The notes beneath the pieces are model-generated. The model was not told the DNA's origin, searched no databases, and worked only from the letters and a program-made list of their open reading frames with translations. Of a DNA stretch of 15,710 bases, positions 1-9,436 are shown in pieces. The stretch is from Oligoflexales bacterium. Its GTDB lineage: Bacteria; Bdellovibrionota_B; Oligoflexia; Oligoflexales; CAIYRB01. How positions within the stretch are numbered: the first letter of the stretch is position 1; each line of letters opens with the position of its first letter. The stretch is taken from contig JBGSUI010000185.1 in assembly GCA_041736175.1 (NCBI GenBank), positions 1 to 15,710 of the forward strand, given 5' to 3'. The translations under genes were made by a program, and so were the position numbers.

Positions 1-78
1 ATGAAATTAGTTAAAAAAATCAGAGAGATAGAGGACGAATTTTGGGAAAATGAGTCTAAAATTGATGAGATTGAATAA
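1..78 (+). CDS. Possible 3' end of a gene entering from the left, or a small ORF (MKLVKKIREIEDEFWENESKIDEIE*)
   Basis: Frame 1 is open from position 1 to TAA at 76-78 and encodes a protein-like charged helical sequence. It is too short to identify. Confidence 0.3.
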   Translation: MKLVKKIREIEDEFWENESKIDEIE

Positions 79-134
79 AAACTTTCATTATACCACGGAA
101 AAAACTAAAATCTATCTTTTCATGTGCGTAGACC
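1..134. mobile_element. Probable end of an inserted foreign element (IS-like or other) interrupting the S8 peptidase gene; family not assignable
   Basis: Positions 1-120 are 31/120 (about 26%) G+C by my count, against roughly 50% in the adjacent gene. The switch falls where the subtilase consensus breaks. No transposase or partner repeat is visible in the window. Confidence 0.4.
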
Positions 135-1382
135 TATAGAACGGATACCGACTCCTGGAGCGGTGATGTCAGGCCCTACTTTTTGGTCCAAAAGACTAGG
201 TCCTCGACTTGAAAATCCCGCAATCTGGCCATTGCGATGGTTGTATGCACCGACAGAAAGGGTTAAGTCAGAATGGGTGGCTGGCTGGTCATTGATAGTA
301 CTACACCCTGGTCCTGCGTTTCCAGCCGAGACTACGGTGGTGATGCCCGCCGTCGCCAGCGCCATTAAAACCTCTTTCATCTCTTGTCCATCACAACCCT
401 CGTCGAGGGGACATCCCCAGCTGTTATTGATCACATCGGGAGCTTTTTTGGGATTTCCATCGTCTAAACCATTTCCGTCAGTAGGAAACGGTGCCAGAAA
501 AAACTCAAAACAACGGATATAGGTGCTGGGCTGACCGAGTCCACGATCCATATTGCGACAGGCTATCCACTGGGCTTCGGGAGCCATGCCTATTTTTTCT
601 TGGGCTCCGTTATCTCCCACAACGGTTCCCATGGTATGGGTTCCGTGGGTATCGTCATCGCAGGGCTGGGGCGAACCGAAGCCACAGGGGTTGGTTCCCG
701 ACTGCATAGGCTTTTGAACGGCATCGTACCAGTTAAAGTTGTGATCCATGGTAGTCCCCAGATTTCCTCGGTACTGCCGGACCAAAGCCTCGTGGGTATA
801 ATCAACACCGGTGTCCTGACCTGCGACCACCACCCCCTGGCCTTTCGCTCCATAGGTGCTCCAGACTTGAGGGGCGCCCGTGGCTACGAGAGAGGGTTCG
901 ATTCCCATAGATTCTTTTTCGGCGAGGTCATCGTCATGGATGATGGGGGGAAGCGATTCAAAGGTCCGGTTGGTTTGGATCCGGTCGATCTCGGGGTCCA
1001 GCTCTAATTCTTTCACCAAACCCGAAGTTGCGTCCGGGACAGCAATCATATTGACGATATAAAAAGCCTCATAGGCCACCTTTTTTGCGTCCAGGAGATC
1101 CTTGATGTGTTGCTGCGACCGGCGCGCATGATCCCTTAAGGTCTCATAGACCCAGCGGCCCTTTGCGGATTTTTCGTTGATCACGACCGGGATTTTTGCA
1201 AGGTCAGGCTTACTCTTTAGGTAGATCCGGATGGGAAATTTAGGCTCCCTGGCCATGGTCGTCTGGAGCGCGAGGCTGGTTTTCCCGGTGCCAGCCATCA
1301 GGGATGGATTCGAACTCATGATGGCAAAAAGCCCAAGTGACATGCCAATAGCGCCCTTAACCCATAGCTTTAGATTCCGCAT
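120..1382 (-). CDS. S8 family (subtilisin/bacillopeptidase F-like) serine peptidase, C-terminally truncated and probably a pseudogene
   Basis: Signal peptide and propeptide region are present, with the catalytic Asp motif (VVVAGQDTG), His motif (HGTHTMGT), INNSWG, oxyanion Asn (SAGNAG) and FSSRGP...PDITAPG. The ORF stops at GIRSIGLRT* with no GTSMA catalytic Ser motif. Confidence 0.9.
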   Translation of the reverse strand: MRNLKLWVKGAIGMSLGLFAIMSSNPSLMAGTGKTSLALQTTMAREPKFPIRIYLKSKPDLAKIPVVINEKSAKGRWVYETLRDHARRSQQHIKDLLDAKKVAYEAFYIVNMIAVPDATSGLVKELELDPEIDRIQTNRTFESLPPIIHDDDLAEKESMGIEPSLVATGAPQVWSTYGAKGQGVVVAGQDTGVDYTHEALVRQYRGNLGTTMDHNFNWYDAVQKPMQSGTNPCGFGSPQPCDDDTHGTHTMGTVVGDNGAQEKIGMAPEAQWIACRNMDRGLGQPSTYIRCFEFFLAPFPTDGNGLDDGNPKKAPDVINNSWGCPLDEGCDGQEMKEVLMALATAGITTVVSAGNAGPGCSTINDQPATHSDLTLSVGAYNHRNGQIAGFSSRGPSLLDQKVGPDITAPGVGIRSIGLRT

Positions 1383-1468
1383 CCTATGCCCCCCTTTTTT
1401 TTACTCCGTTTCGAAATTAATCTCCTTAGATGGTAGCCCGTAGAGTCCCCATGACTCAATGGTTTATA

Positions 1469-1498
1469 TTGGGCAGCTCCGTAAACCCATGGTACACT
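1469..1498 (+). promoter_or_regulatory. Candidate sigma-70 promoter for leuS
   Basis: TTGGGC (1469-1474), 18-nt spacer, then TGG-TACACT extended -10 (1490-1498). A GAGG RBS lies at 1537-1540. Confidence 0.4.
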
Positions 1499-1545
1499 CC
1501 TCTCTTTTCTGGGACGTAGCCCCATATTCTTAATCCGAGGACATC

Positions 1546-4074
1546 ATGGCTAAAGAAGAAACAACTTCCGGGGGATATGACTTTACGGGCATCGAGGCCA
1601 AATGGCAGAAAAGGTGGGATCAGGAGCAAACCTTTAAAACTCTCGAGGATCCTAAAAAACCAAAATACTATATCTTAGATATGTTTCCTTATCCTTCTGG
1701 CGATGGTCTCCATGTGGGACATATCGAGGGCTATACGGCGACGGATATCGTCGCCCGTTATAAGAGAATGCGCGGTTTTTGTGTGCTTCATCCCATGGGA
1801 TGGGATGCTTTTGGACTCCCTGCCGAACAATACGCCATCAAGACCGGACAACATCCACGGGTGACCACCCGTCACAACGTCGGCCGTTTTCGTGATCAGA
1901 TCAAGCGAGTCGGACTTTCCTACGACTGGTCGAGGGAAATCGACACGACTGATCCCGACTACTATAAGTGGACCCAATGGATCTTTCTTAAGCTTTTCGA
2001 ACGGGGTCTGGCCTACCAGAGCTTTGAACCTGTCAACTGGTGCCCTGAGCTGGGGACGGTCCTCGCTAACGAAGAGGTGATCGACGGCAAAAGCGAGGTG
2101 GGTGGATTCCCTGTCTTTAAGAAACCGTTACGGCAATGGGTCCTTAAGATCACGGCCTATGCGGAACGCCTCCTTGAGGATTTGGATCTTTTGGATTGGC
2201 CCGAGTCCCTTAAGGACATGCAGCGCCACTGGATCGGTAAAAGCCTAGGGGCTAAAGTCACCTTTAAGGTCAAACCAGCGGCGTCCGGTGCGACAGATCA
2301 CTTTGAAGTCTTTACCACCCGACCAGACACCTTGTTTGGTGCCACCTTCTGTGTATTAGCTCCTGAACATCCTCTTGTGGCTAAAATCACAACCCAACAA
2401 CAAAAATCCGCCGTTGAAAACTATGTCCATCAAGCTGCCCAAAAATCCGATCGGGACCGCACCTCCCAGCCGGGCTCGTCGAGCGGATCCGGTTCAACCT
2501 CCGGGACCCTTGACAAAACCGGCGTCTTTACGGGAGCCATGGCCGTGAATCCTGCCAATGGCCAAGAGATCCCTATCTGGATTGCAGATTATGTTCTTAT
2601 GTCTTACGGAAGCGGTGCGATTATGGCCGTACCGGCCCATGATGAGCGGGACCATGCTTTTGCAAAGCAGTTTAACTTGCCGATCAAGCGGGTTCTCAAG
2701 GGTGGAGAGGACGATATCCAAAAAGCTGCCCATTGTGGAGATGGGATCCTAATCAACTCTGACTTCTTGAATGACCTCGATAAAACCCAGGCCATAGCCA
2801 CCATGGTCAAGTGGCTTGAGTCTAAAAACCTCGGCCATGGGGCCGTGACCTACAAACTCAGGGACTGGCTATTCTCTCGCCAGAGGTATTGGGGAGAACC
2901 CTTTCCCCTAGCCCTCGACAAGGATGGCCAGGCAGTCCCCATCGCCGAGGGAGACCTCCCAGTGCTGTTGCCAGAAATGGATGACTTCAAACCGACTAGG
3001 GACGCTGATCCGCCATTGGCGAGAGCCCACGCGGCTTGGAGTGAAGTTAAACTTGGGGACAAAATCCTTAAACGAGAAACCAATGTGATGCCCCAATGGG
3101 CGGGTTCTTGTTGGTACTATCTACGGTTTTTAGACCCTAAAAACAAAAATCAGTTTTGCGACTTAGACAAAGAAAAATACTGGATGCCCGTCGACCTCTA
3201 CGTCGGTGGCGCAGAGCATGCGGTCTTGCACCTCCTCTATGCCAGGTTTTGGCACAAGGTGCTTTTTGATGCGGGCCTTGTCACCACCAAAGAGCCTTTT
3301 TTAAAGCTAGTTCATCCAGGGACAGTCCTTGGTGAAAACAACGAAAAAATGTCCAAAAGCCGCGGCAACGTCGTAAACCCCGATGATATCGTACGGGAAT
3401 ACGGAGCCGATACCCTCAGACTTTTTGAAATGTTTATGGGTCCACTCACCGCCACCAAACCATGGCAGACCGCCGGGATTTCGGGAGTCCATCGCTTTTT
3501 AAGGCGGGTGATCCGAATAGGGTCGAGTGACGAGGTCGGAGCAGGGCCGACCCTTCATGACGGCGCTGAAAACGAAGAGGTCCTTAGAGCCCTCCACAAG
3601 ACCATTCGCAAAGTCACCGAAGATTTAGAAAACCTTTCCTTCAACACCGCCATTGCGGCCATGATGGAACTCGTTAATGTCTTTTATAAACAAAAATCAA
3701 TCGCTAAAGATTCCTATGGGTCCCTTCTCCTTATTTTGGCACCTTTTGCCCCTCACCTTGCAGAAGAACTTTGGGAAAAACGAGCACTCCCCCATCCCCA
3801 AGACAAGAGTATACCCCATCATGGACGATCCATAACCTTTGTGCCTTGGCCGTCTTTTTTGGAGGCCTTAACAGTCGACACGGATATCGTCCTTGCAGTG
3901 CAAGTCAACGGCAAGCTCCGAGGCGATCTTCGCTGTCCCAAAGATCTGGCAAAAGAGGAGATTTTTGGCCGTGCTAAGGCCCTTGAAGCTGTCAAGAGAC
4001 ACATCGAGGGTAAAACCATCGTCAAAGAAATCTACGTACCTGGTAAAATAGTCAGCCTTGTGGTTAAGGAGTGA
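1546..4074 (+). CDS. leuS: Leucine--tRNA ligase
   Basis: [14 protein letters not shown] (HIGH motif), [12 protein letters not shown]1 editing motifs [10 protein letters not shown] and [31 protein letters not shown], and C-terminal VQVNGKLR. Confidence 0.99.
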   Translation: MAKEETTSGGYDFTGIEAKWQKRWDQEQTFKTLEDPKKPKYYILDMFPYPSGDGLHVGHIEGYTATDIVARYKRMRGFCVLHPMGWDAFGLPAEQYAIKTGQHPRVTTRHNVGRFRDQIKRVGLSYDWSREIDTTDPDYYKWTQWIFLKLFERGLAYQSFEPVNWCPELGTVLANEEVIDGKSEVGGFPVFKKPLRQWVLKITAYAERLLEDLDLLDWPESLKDMQRHWIGKSLGAKVTFKVKPAASGATDHFEVFTTRPDTLFGATFCVLAPEHPLVAKITTQQQKSAVENYVHQAAQKSDRDRTSQPGSSSGSGSTSGTLDKTGVFTGAMAVNPANGQEIPIWIADYVLMSYGSGAIMAVPAHDERDHAFAKQFNLPIKRVLKGGEDDIQKAAHCGDGILINSDFLNDLDKTQAIATMVKWLESKNLGHGAVTYKLRDWLFSRQRYWGEPFPLALDKDGQAVPIAEGDLPVLLPEMDDFKPTRDADPPLARAHAAWSEVKLGDKILKRETNVMPQWAGSCWYYLRFLDPKNKNQFCDLDKEKYWMPVDLYVGGAEHAVLHLLYARFWHKVLFDAGLVTTKEPFLKLVHPGTVLGENNEKMSKSRGNVVNPDDIVREYGADTLRLFEMFMGPLTATKPWQTAGISGVHRFLRRVIRIGSSDEVGAGPTLHDGAENEEVLRALHKTIRKVTEDLENLSFNTAIAAMMELVNVFYKQKSIAKDSYGSLLLILAPFAPHLAEELWEKRALPHPQDKSIPHHGRSITFVPWPSFLEALTVDTDIVLAVQVNGKLRGDLRCPKDLAKEEIFGRAKALEAVKRHIEGKTIVKEIYVPGKIVSLVVKE

Positions 4075-4080
4075 TGGGTC

Positions 4081-4512
4081 ATGAGCTACCTTTTTCTAAA
4101 ATGGCTGCATTTTATCGCCATTATCAGCTGGATGGCTGGCATCCTCTACCTCTACAGACTTCTTGTTTATATTGCTGAGCGCGGGTCAGATCCCAAAGTC
4201 CATGAGCTTCTTTGTCTGATGGCTCGACGCCTTTACCGCTATATTACATTGCCTGCCATGATCGTGGGATTTGCAGCAGGGATCGGGATGCTCACCACGA
4301 TCCCTGCACTCCTAGCCATGGGGTGGATTCATGCCAAGTTAGCCCTCCTAGTCGCTTTGGCGGCGTCCACAGTCTACGCTGGTGTTTTGACAAGCCGCTT
4401 TGCCCGAGGGGACCACCGGGTCCCTACTGGAAAACAGCTAAGGTTTCTTAACGAAGTCCCAACCCTTCTCATGCTAGCTATCGTCGGCCTTGCGGTTTTT
4501 AGACCCTTTTAA
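4081..4512 (+). CDS. hemJ: Protoporphyrinogen IX oxidase HemJ (CopD/UPF0093 family membrane protein)
   Basis: KWLHFIAIISWMAG..YLYRL, RRLYRYITLPAM, GWIHAKL and RFLNEVPT...FRPF match the HemJ pattern. Four hydrophobic segments; starts 6 nt after the leuS stop. Confidence 0.88.
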   Translation: MSYLFLKWLHFIAIISWMAGILYLYRLLVYIAERGSDPKVHELLCLMARRLYRYITLPAMIVGFAAGIGMLTTIPALLAMGWIHAKLALLVALAASTVYAGVLTSRFARGDHRVPTGKQLRFLNEVPTLLMLAIVGLAVFRPF

Positions 4513-4586
4513 GCAAATCTTTTGGACCTGGACTAACCAGGCTATGGATACTGTGTTTATAAACATATTTTGGTGTAAAATGGAAC

Positions 4587-4613
4587 TAAAGATTCCCTCC
4601 CCCACGCCGATTC
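4587..4613 (+). promoter_or_regulatory. Sigma-28 (FliA)-type promoter
   Basis: TAAA (4587-4590), 15 nt, GCCGATTC (4606-4613), against the consensus TAAA-N15-GCCGATAA. It ends about 40 nt upstream of the 4656 start. Confidence 0.7.
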
Positions 4614-4655
4614 CATCAAGATATGGCCATCTGATTTTCTTGAGAGCAACGCTTT

Positions 4656-6848
4656 TTGAAATCAATAGTAAGATTTTCTAACCAACGAACTCCCATTGGT
4701 CTTAAATGGGTTACTTGGATTTTATTGATTCTAGTCGTGGTGATATACGGGTATAGTTTTGCTTGGTCTAAAGCAGCTAAATATGCTCAAAAGACCTTTC
4801 ACAAAGAAGTCAAAAAAGTTTCAAGTCGTCTTGGGATTCCAATTGAATACGGCCCCACCACATTTAAACTCTCAGGACTCATTGTCGAAGACATCCGCAT
4901 CGGTACCAATGCGCCCATTGTCATCAACCAGATTCGCTGCCAAGTAGGACTCCTCCCGTGGTCTGATGACTTTTCCAAACCAACCCTTATCATGATCGAC
5001 CGCGCCAAGATTAAAACCCCTCTAAGCTCACTAAATTCTATAGAGTCCCTAGATCATTTTACCAAGATGGCAAGTGATTTCCAGAAAAGTCCCCAGAAGA
5101 GTCCAAATACCCAAGGGAATCAGCGAGATCGGATGCTCGATCTCTTTTTTAAGGCTCTTCCAGCCTCTAGGGTGGAAGTCGCCAGTGCTGGTCTTGTCAT
5201 CCTTTCAGATCAGGGAGAACAGCTTTTGGCCTTTAAGGGTCTTAAATTAAATATTGACCAAAAATCAAAAAAACTCTTGTTTAAAATCGACCGCATTAGA
5301 CGAGTCAATGGCCCCCTGGACGGGTATCTGCAAGGACGCTTTGAAACCAATCCAAAGGGATATCGTGGTGACTACCGATTTTTTGTGCGACGCAAGGCGG
5401 GCCCCTCCTCTTCAAAAAACCTTTGGGCCATAGCTGGGATGGTCGCTAAAGATGCCTCACGATGGTCTCTTGCCGGAGATTTTCATGTCTTACCAACATT
5501 TTTTGGAAACGACCTTGAGTTTATTCTAGGTAAAAATCCCAAACTAGGTCTATCTGGAAAAATGGAGGGAGTCCGAGCAGAAAATACCCCTGAGTTAGCC
5601 CTAAATCAAGCATTCCCGGGCAGCACACTCAGCCGGTGGAATATCAAGCTAGCTATAAAAAGCAACCAAACCATTCTTGATTCACCCATGCTGCACTCAA
5701 AGCCGATTGGTCCCATAACCTTTCAACTCACCACACAGGGACTATGGGATATCCTCGGTAAACAGCTGATCCTGAAGAGCGGAAAACTCACTTTACCCGT
5801 TGCAACAGAGGACAATGAGTCCCTACAAGTCGACTTTTCTGGCAATATTCAACGTACGGTCCAAAAAGAAAATTTAGGTTTAAAATTGAGTGGCAACATA
5901 GACATTCCGCCCACTCCATGCAATCGCTTTATCAAGGGATTGCCCCAAGCTCTAGTCCCTTTACTCCACGAGTTTCAGCTTGAGGGAACCATGTCGGGGA
6001 AGCTTGCCATAGAAGTCGACACCCTGAGTCCAGATACAAACCAAATTCAGTTAAATAACCCCCAATGGAATTGCCAGGTCAAAGAGGCTCCCTATGACTT
6101 GACGACTGCTGGTCTATTGGGGTCCTTTGATTTTCAGCCAAAGGTACCCGTAGCAGATATCGACGACCACGATCCCGTAAGGGTGAGTGTAGAAAACCGC
6201 TTTTTTGCTCCACTAAGCACACTCCCCAAAACCGTTATTGGAGCTTTTATCGCATCAGAAGATGCTAATTTTTTTAACCACCAAGGTATTGAAACCCAAG
6301 CAATTTTGGGAGCTTTTCGCAAAAACGTTGCCAAAGGTCGGATCGCCGTGGGTGGTTCGACAATAACCATGCAGACCGCTAAAAATCTGTTTTTATCCCA
6401 TGACCGCACCTTGTCCCGAAAAATCCAGGAGATCTTCTTGGCCTGGCATATGGAGAAAACGATTCCTAAAGAGCGAATCCTAGAGATTTATCTCAATATC
6501 ATAGAGTTTGGCCCAAGAATTTATGGTTTAGGCCATGCATCTCAACATTTTTTTAGCAAAGAACCACAAAATATTAACCTGCTAGAAGCGAGTTTTTTGG
6601 CAAATCTTCTACCCAATCCCAAACAACGATACCTCTCCTTTTGCCAAGGCAAATTGACAAGTGGCATGACTTCACTCATGGTAGGACTTCTCAAAAGAAT
6701 GATTTCTCTTGGAAAAATCAGTCATGAAGACTTTCAAGAAGCCCTCGCGACGGGACTTAAATTTAACTCCTCAGCCCGGGCGTCCGATGCCATATGCCTA
6801 GAGAGAACGGCCTTAAAGGCCGACAAAGAGAAGGCGTCACCCCTATGA
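4656..6848 (+). CDS. Monofunctional peptidoglycan transglycosylase (GT51) with N-terminal TM anchor and a large beta-rich periplasmic extension
   Basis: C-terminal GT51 motifs EDANFFNHQG, GGSTITMQTAKN, RKIQE and KERILEIYLN; there is no room for a transpeptidase domain after them. One TM helix near the N-terminus. The TTG start is uncertain (GAGAG at 4642-4646). Confidence 0.88.
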   Translation: MKSIVRFSNQRTPIGLKWVTWILLILVVVIYGYSFAWSKAAKYAQKTFHKEVKKVSSRLGIPIEYGPTTFKLSGLIVEDIRIGTNAPIVINQIRCQVGLLPWSDDFSKPTLIMIDRAKIKTPLSSLNSIESLDHFTKMASDFQKSPQKSPNTQGNQRDRMLDLFFKALPASRVEVASAGLVILSDQGEQLLAFKGLKLNIDQKSKKLLFKIDRIRRVNGPLDGYLQGRFETNPKGYRGDYRFFVRRKAGPSSSKNLWAIAGMVAKDASRWSLAGDFHVLPTFFGNDLEFILGKNPKLGLSGKMEGVRAENTPELALNQAFPGSTLSRWNIKLAIKSNQTILDSPMLHSKPIGPITFQLTTQGLWDILGKQLILKSGKLTLPVATEDNESLQVDFSGNIQRTVQKENLGLKLSGNIDIPPTPCNRFIKGLPQALVPLLHEFQLEGTMSGKLAIEVDTLSPDTNQIQLNNPQWNCQVKEAPYDLTTAGLLGSFDFQPKVPVADIDDHDPVRVSVENRFFAPLSTLPKTVIGAFIASEDANFFNHQGIETQAILGAFRKNVAKGRIAVGGSTITMQTAKNLFLSHDRTLSRKIQEIFLAWHMEKTIPKERILEIYLNIIEFGPRIYGLGHASQHFFSKEPQNINLLEASFLANLLPNPKQRYLSFCQGKLTSGMTSLMVGLLKRMISLGKISHEDFQEALATGLKFNSSARASDAICLERTALKADKEKASPL

Positions 6849-9436
6849 AAAAGACCCATTGGTACCGTTTGTTTCTCACGGGCATCTTTTTGTTCCCTGC
6901 GATCATCTTTCAATCCATCATACCTTTGGTTTCCTTTGGGACCTGGGAGTCCCTCGCCGAAGATCTTTATCGCCAAAGCCTTAGCTACCTCTCCCCCCTA
7001 TCCACACCTCGATCAAAAGTTGTCGTTGTGGAGATCGACCAGAAAACCTGGGATGCGTATGGTTGGCCGATCGATAGGCAATACTATATAAAAGCATTAG
7101 AAAAGCTTAAAAAAAGTGGTCATCCATGGATTTTATCGCTCCTTCAGTTTCAAGACCTTGAAAAAAGATCCGGTGAAAATCGCGAAAAGGCCACCAGCAA
7201 AGACCAGGCTCTTGCCAAAGAAATCTCCTCTTACGAACGATATATTGGCAGCGGGCTGATGATCAACCAAGGATCAGTCCTCGATGCGGACCAAGAAGAC
7301 AAACTGCTTCCTAAAATACTCCTTTCTTCCAGTGGCAAGGTTCCTACAGAGATTCCAGAACTCCCCTTAAGTCTCGTAGAAGGCAATGCCTTTGTTGCTG
7401 CCCAACGAAGTTTTGGATTTGGAGCGAGATTTGGTACCGAACCCATCATCAATTGTATGCAGTCTTATCTGACCGATGCAGGGCATCGGGGAGACTTTGT
7501 GATCTTATCTTCCGTTATCTGGGCTGCTTCTTATGCCTCTCAATTTAAAATCGCAACCAAGACCGGTGCTGGCTGGCCCCGAACTGGCGAGAAAGTTCCG
7601 TTTCCCTTTACTGGTGTGCTAGAGGTTGCCTATAAAATTTGTGATCATTATCCTGGAGTCATCACCCAAGACTACCTTTCTATCCGTGGCATCGAGCGAA
7701 TCTCGATGGTAGATTTGATCGATGGCAGCTACCACGGATCCTTGGCCGATAAAATCGTTGTCCTTGCTAGTTCAGAAATGCGCACCTTTCGAGGACCAGG
7801 TCTAGAAAAGGGACAAAAATCAGCGACCACCCGCGAGCATCTCCTGGTCGCACGATTTTTAGACCACTTGGTCAACCAAGTCTCCATCCTTAGGGGTCAA
7901 ATCAAAGAGGATACTTTTCAGGGATGGCTCCCGATCTTTGTAGGTTTTGGACTTTTTCTGCTCTCTTTTTTTGCTGGTCCCGTCATGCTTTGCATCGTCA
8001 CAGCTCTGGGGCTTTTAGCCAGTGTGACGATCGCTTTTTCTTACTTAAGCATCGGTGAATTTTTTATTCCAATCCAGACCATTTACTCACTAGGTGTTAG
8101 TTTGATCCTGGTCATAGTCTTGGTTTCCTACCTGCGCTACTACGGAATCAAACGCCAGATGGAGTTTACCCGGAAACTCAACGAGAGCCTGAGCCAATGC
8201 AACACCCTCACCCAGATTCAGGACTCAACGAGAGGACTCTGTACCCTTGAATTTAAAAAAGCCAAGATCGATTTTTTGGACTACGATGTCAGGTTTTATG
8301 AAGCTTCTAATAATCCTCAGGCTGCGCTTGAACTTTTGGAAACACCAAAGTTGGCCCTACCTCCTCACAGTTCAGAGGTCCCAGAGACATTTGCAAACCA
8401 CGGCCCCCTTAACACCGTGATGACCAGTCTACGTCAGGTAGGAGGGGGATTCCAAACTCCATGGTCACCCCTTAACTTTCAATCTTTTTTGGCAGTCACC
8501 AATAAAAGTGGTCGGTTGGGGACCGTGCGGGTGGCGATTGAATTCGAAGTGTTCGAACAGCATTTTGTTTTGGAACTGATCAACAATCTACGCCATGAAT
8601 TGGGCCAACACTGGAATCGAGTCAAACTGTTGGCTGATCAAAAACTCCTCGACTATAAGATCTTGGCTGAACAGTCTCGCGGCAAAATCCTAGGACGTTT
8701 TCTCACCCAGGTTCTTGTGTCTAAATTCACCAACTCACAAACCATGGAAGAAAATCTAAAGCTCGTCCTAACTCCACGAGTCACCCGCACCGCTCTGATG
8801 CAGGCTGATATTCGGGGCTACTCTAAGGTCTCAGCAATGATGGCTCCATTGGAAATGGTGCAGTTGCTCCAGGGCTATTACCGTGGCGTGGTCGACGCGG
8901 CACAGTTGGTGGCTCAGGTTAAATTGATTGGGGACTGTATTTTTCTTTTTATCGAAGAGGAAGCCGCGCCTCCGGGCAAATCTCCCGTCGACCTTGCTCT
9001 CGAACTTTCCCAGATTCTCGTCGAGAGCACTGAAAAGCAAAATATCCGGCGCGTGGAAACCAATTCGATTCCCATGAATTTCGGGATTGCCATCCACTAT
9101 GGAGAAGTCGTTGTGGGCAACCTCTCCTCGGATGAATGTATTGACTATACCGTTATTGGAACCGATGTAAACTTTGTCGCTCGATTAGAGGAGTTGACTA
9201 AAAATCCAGGTGTCAGCCAAGCCATCGGACCAAACGGGGTGGTGCTCAGTGAAGAAGCCTACCTTAACCTAAAAGCCTACAACCAAGTGCCTACCGGTTA
9301 TATCGATCTCAAGGAACTGGGTCTAACCGTCCGCAGTTTTCCTGAGGTCAAGTCCCTCTACGGAATCTCATCTGCACAAATCAAAGCTTTGGGCTCTTTG
9401 CAGGAGACCGTGCTGCCCCTTAAGCTCGCAAGCTAG
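6845..9436 (+). CDS. CHASE2-domain membrane-bound class III adenylate cyclase
   Basis: CHASE2 start VVVVEIDQKT...GWPIDR, three TM helices and a cytoplasmic linker domain precede cyclase motifs ADIRGYS, KLIGDC, GIAIHYGEVVVGN and DYTVIGTDVNFVARLE. The Lys and Asp specificity residues indicate ATP. I placed the start at ATG 6845, which overlaps the upstream stop as ATGA, rather than at 6794. Confidence 0.9.
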   Translation: MKKTHWYRLFLTGIFLFPAIIFQSIIPLVSFGTWESLAEDLYRQSLSYLSPLSTPRSKVVVVEIDQKTWDAYGWPIDRQYYIKALEKLKKSGHPWILSLLQFQDLEKRSGENREKATSKDQALAKEISSYERYIGSGLMINQGSVLDADQEDKLLPKILLSSSGKVPTEIPELPLSLVEGNAFVAAQRSFGFGARFGTEPIINCMQSYLTDAGHRGDFVILSSVIWAASYASQFKIATKTGAGWPRTGEKVPFPFTGVLEVAYKICDHYPGVITQDYLSIRGIERISMVDLIDGSYHGSLADKIVVLASSEMRTFRGPGLEKGQKSATTREHLLVARFLDHLVNQVSILRGQIKEDTFQGWLPIFVGFGLFLLSFFAGPVMLCIVTALGLLASVTIAFSYLSIGEFFIPIQTIYSLGVSLILVIVLVSYLRYYGIKRQMEFTRKLNESLSQCNTLTQIQDSTRGLCTLEFKKAKIDFLDYDVRFYEASNNPQAALELLETPKLALPPHSSEVPETFANHGPLNTVMTSLRQVGGGFQTPWSPLNFQSFLAVTNKSGRLGTVRVAIEFEVFEQHFVLELINNLRHELGQHWNRVKLLADQKLLDYKILAEQSRGKILGRFLTQVLVSKFTNSQTMEENLKLVLTPRVTRTALMQADIRGYSKVSAMMAPLEMVQLLQGYYRGVVDAAQLVAQVKLIGDCIFLFIEEEAAPPGKSPVDLALELSQILVESTEKQNIRRVETNSIPMNFGIAIHYGEVVVGNLSSDECIDYTVIGTDVNFVARLEELTKNPGVSQAIGPNGVVLSEEAYLNLKAYNQVPTGYIDLKELGLTVRSFPEVKSLYGISSAQIKALGSLQETVLPLKLAS

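Noticed and set aside
124..128. GTGCG at the protease breakpoint as a group II intron 5' end
   Set aside because: It faces into the antisense of the peptidase rather than into the foreign segment, and no intron structure follows.
1383..1545. T-box or attenuator leader for leuS
   Set aside because: The region is only 163 bp and is shared with a divergent gene. It has no T-box consensus or terminator, only small hairpins.
6794..6844. Longer cyclase start given by the ORF track
   Set aside because: It overlaps the upstream gene by 55 nt. ATG 6845 gives an ATGA coupling and a typical MKK-hydrophobic N-terminus.
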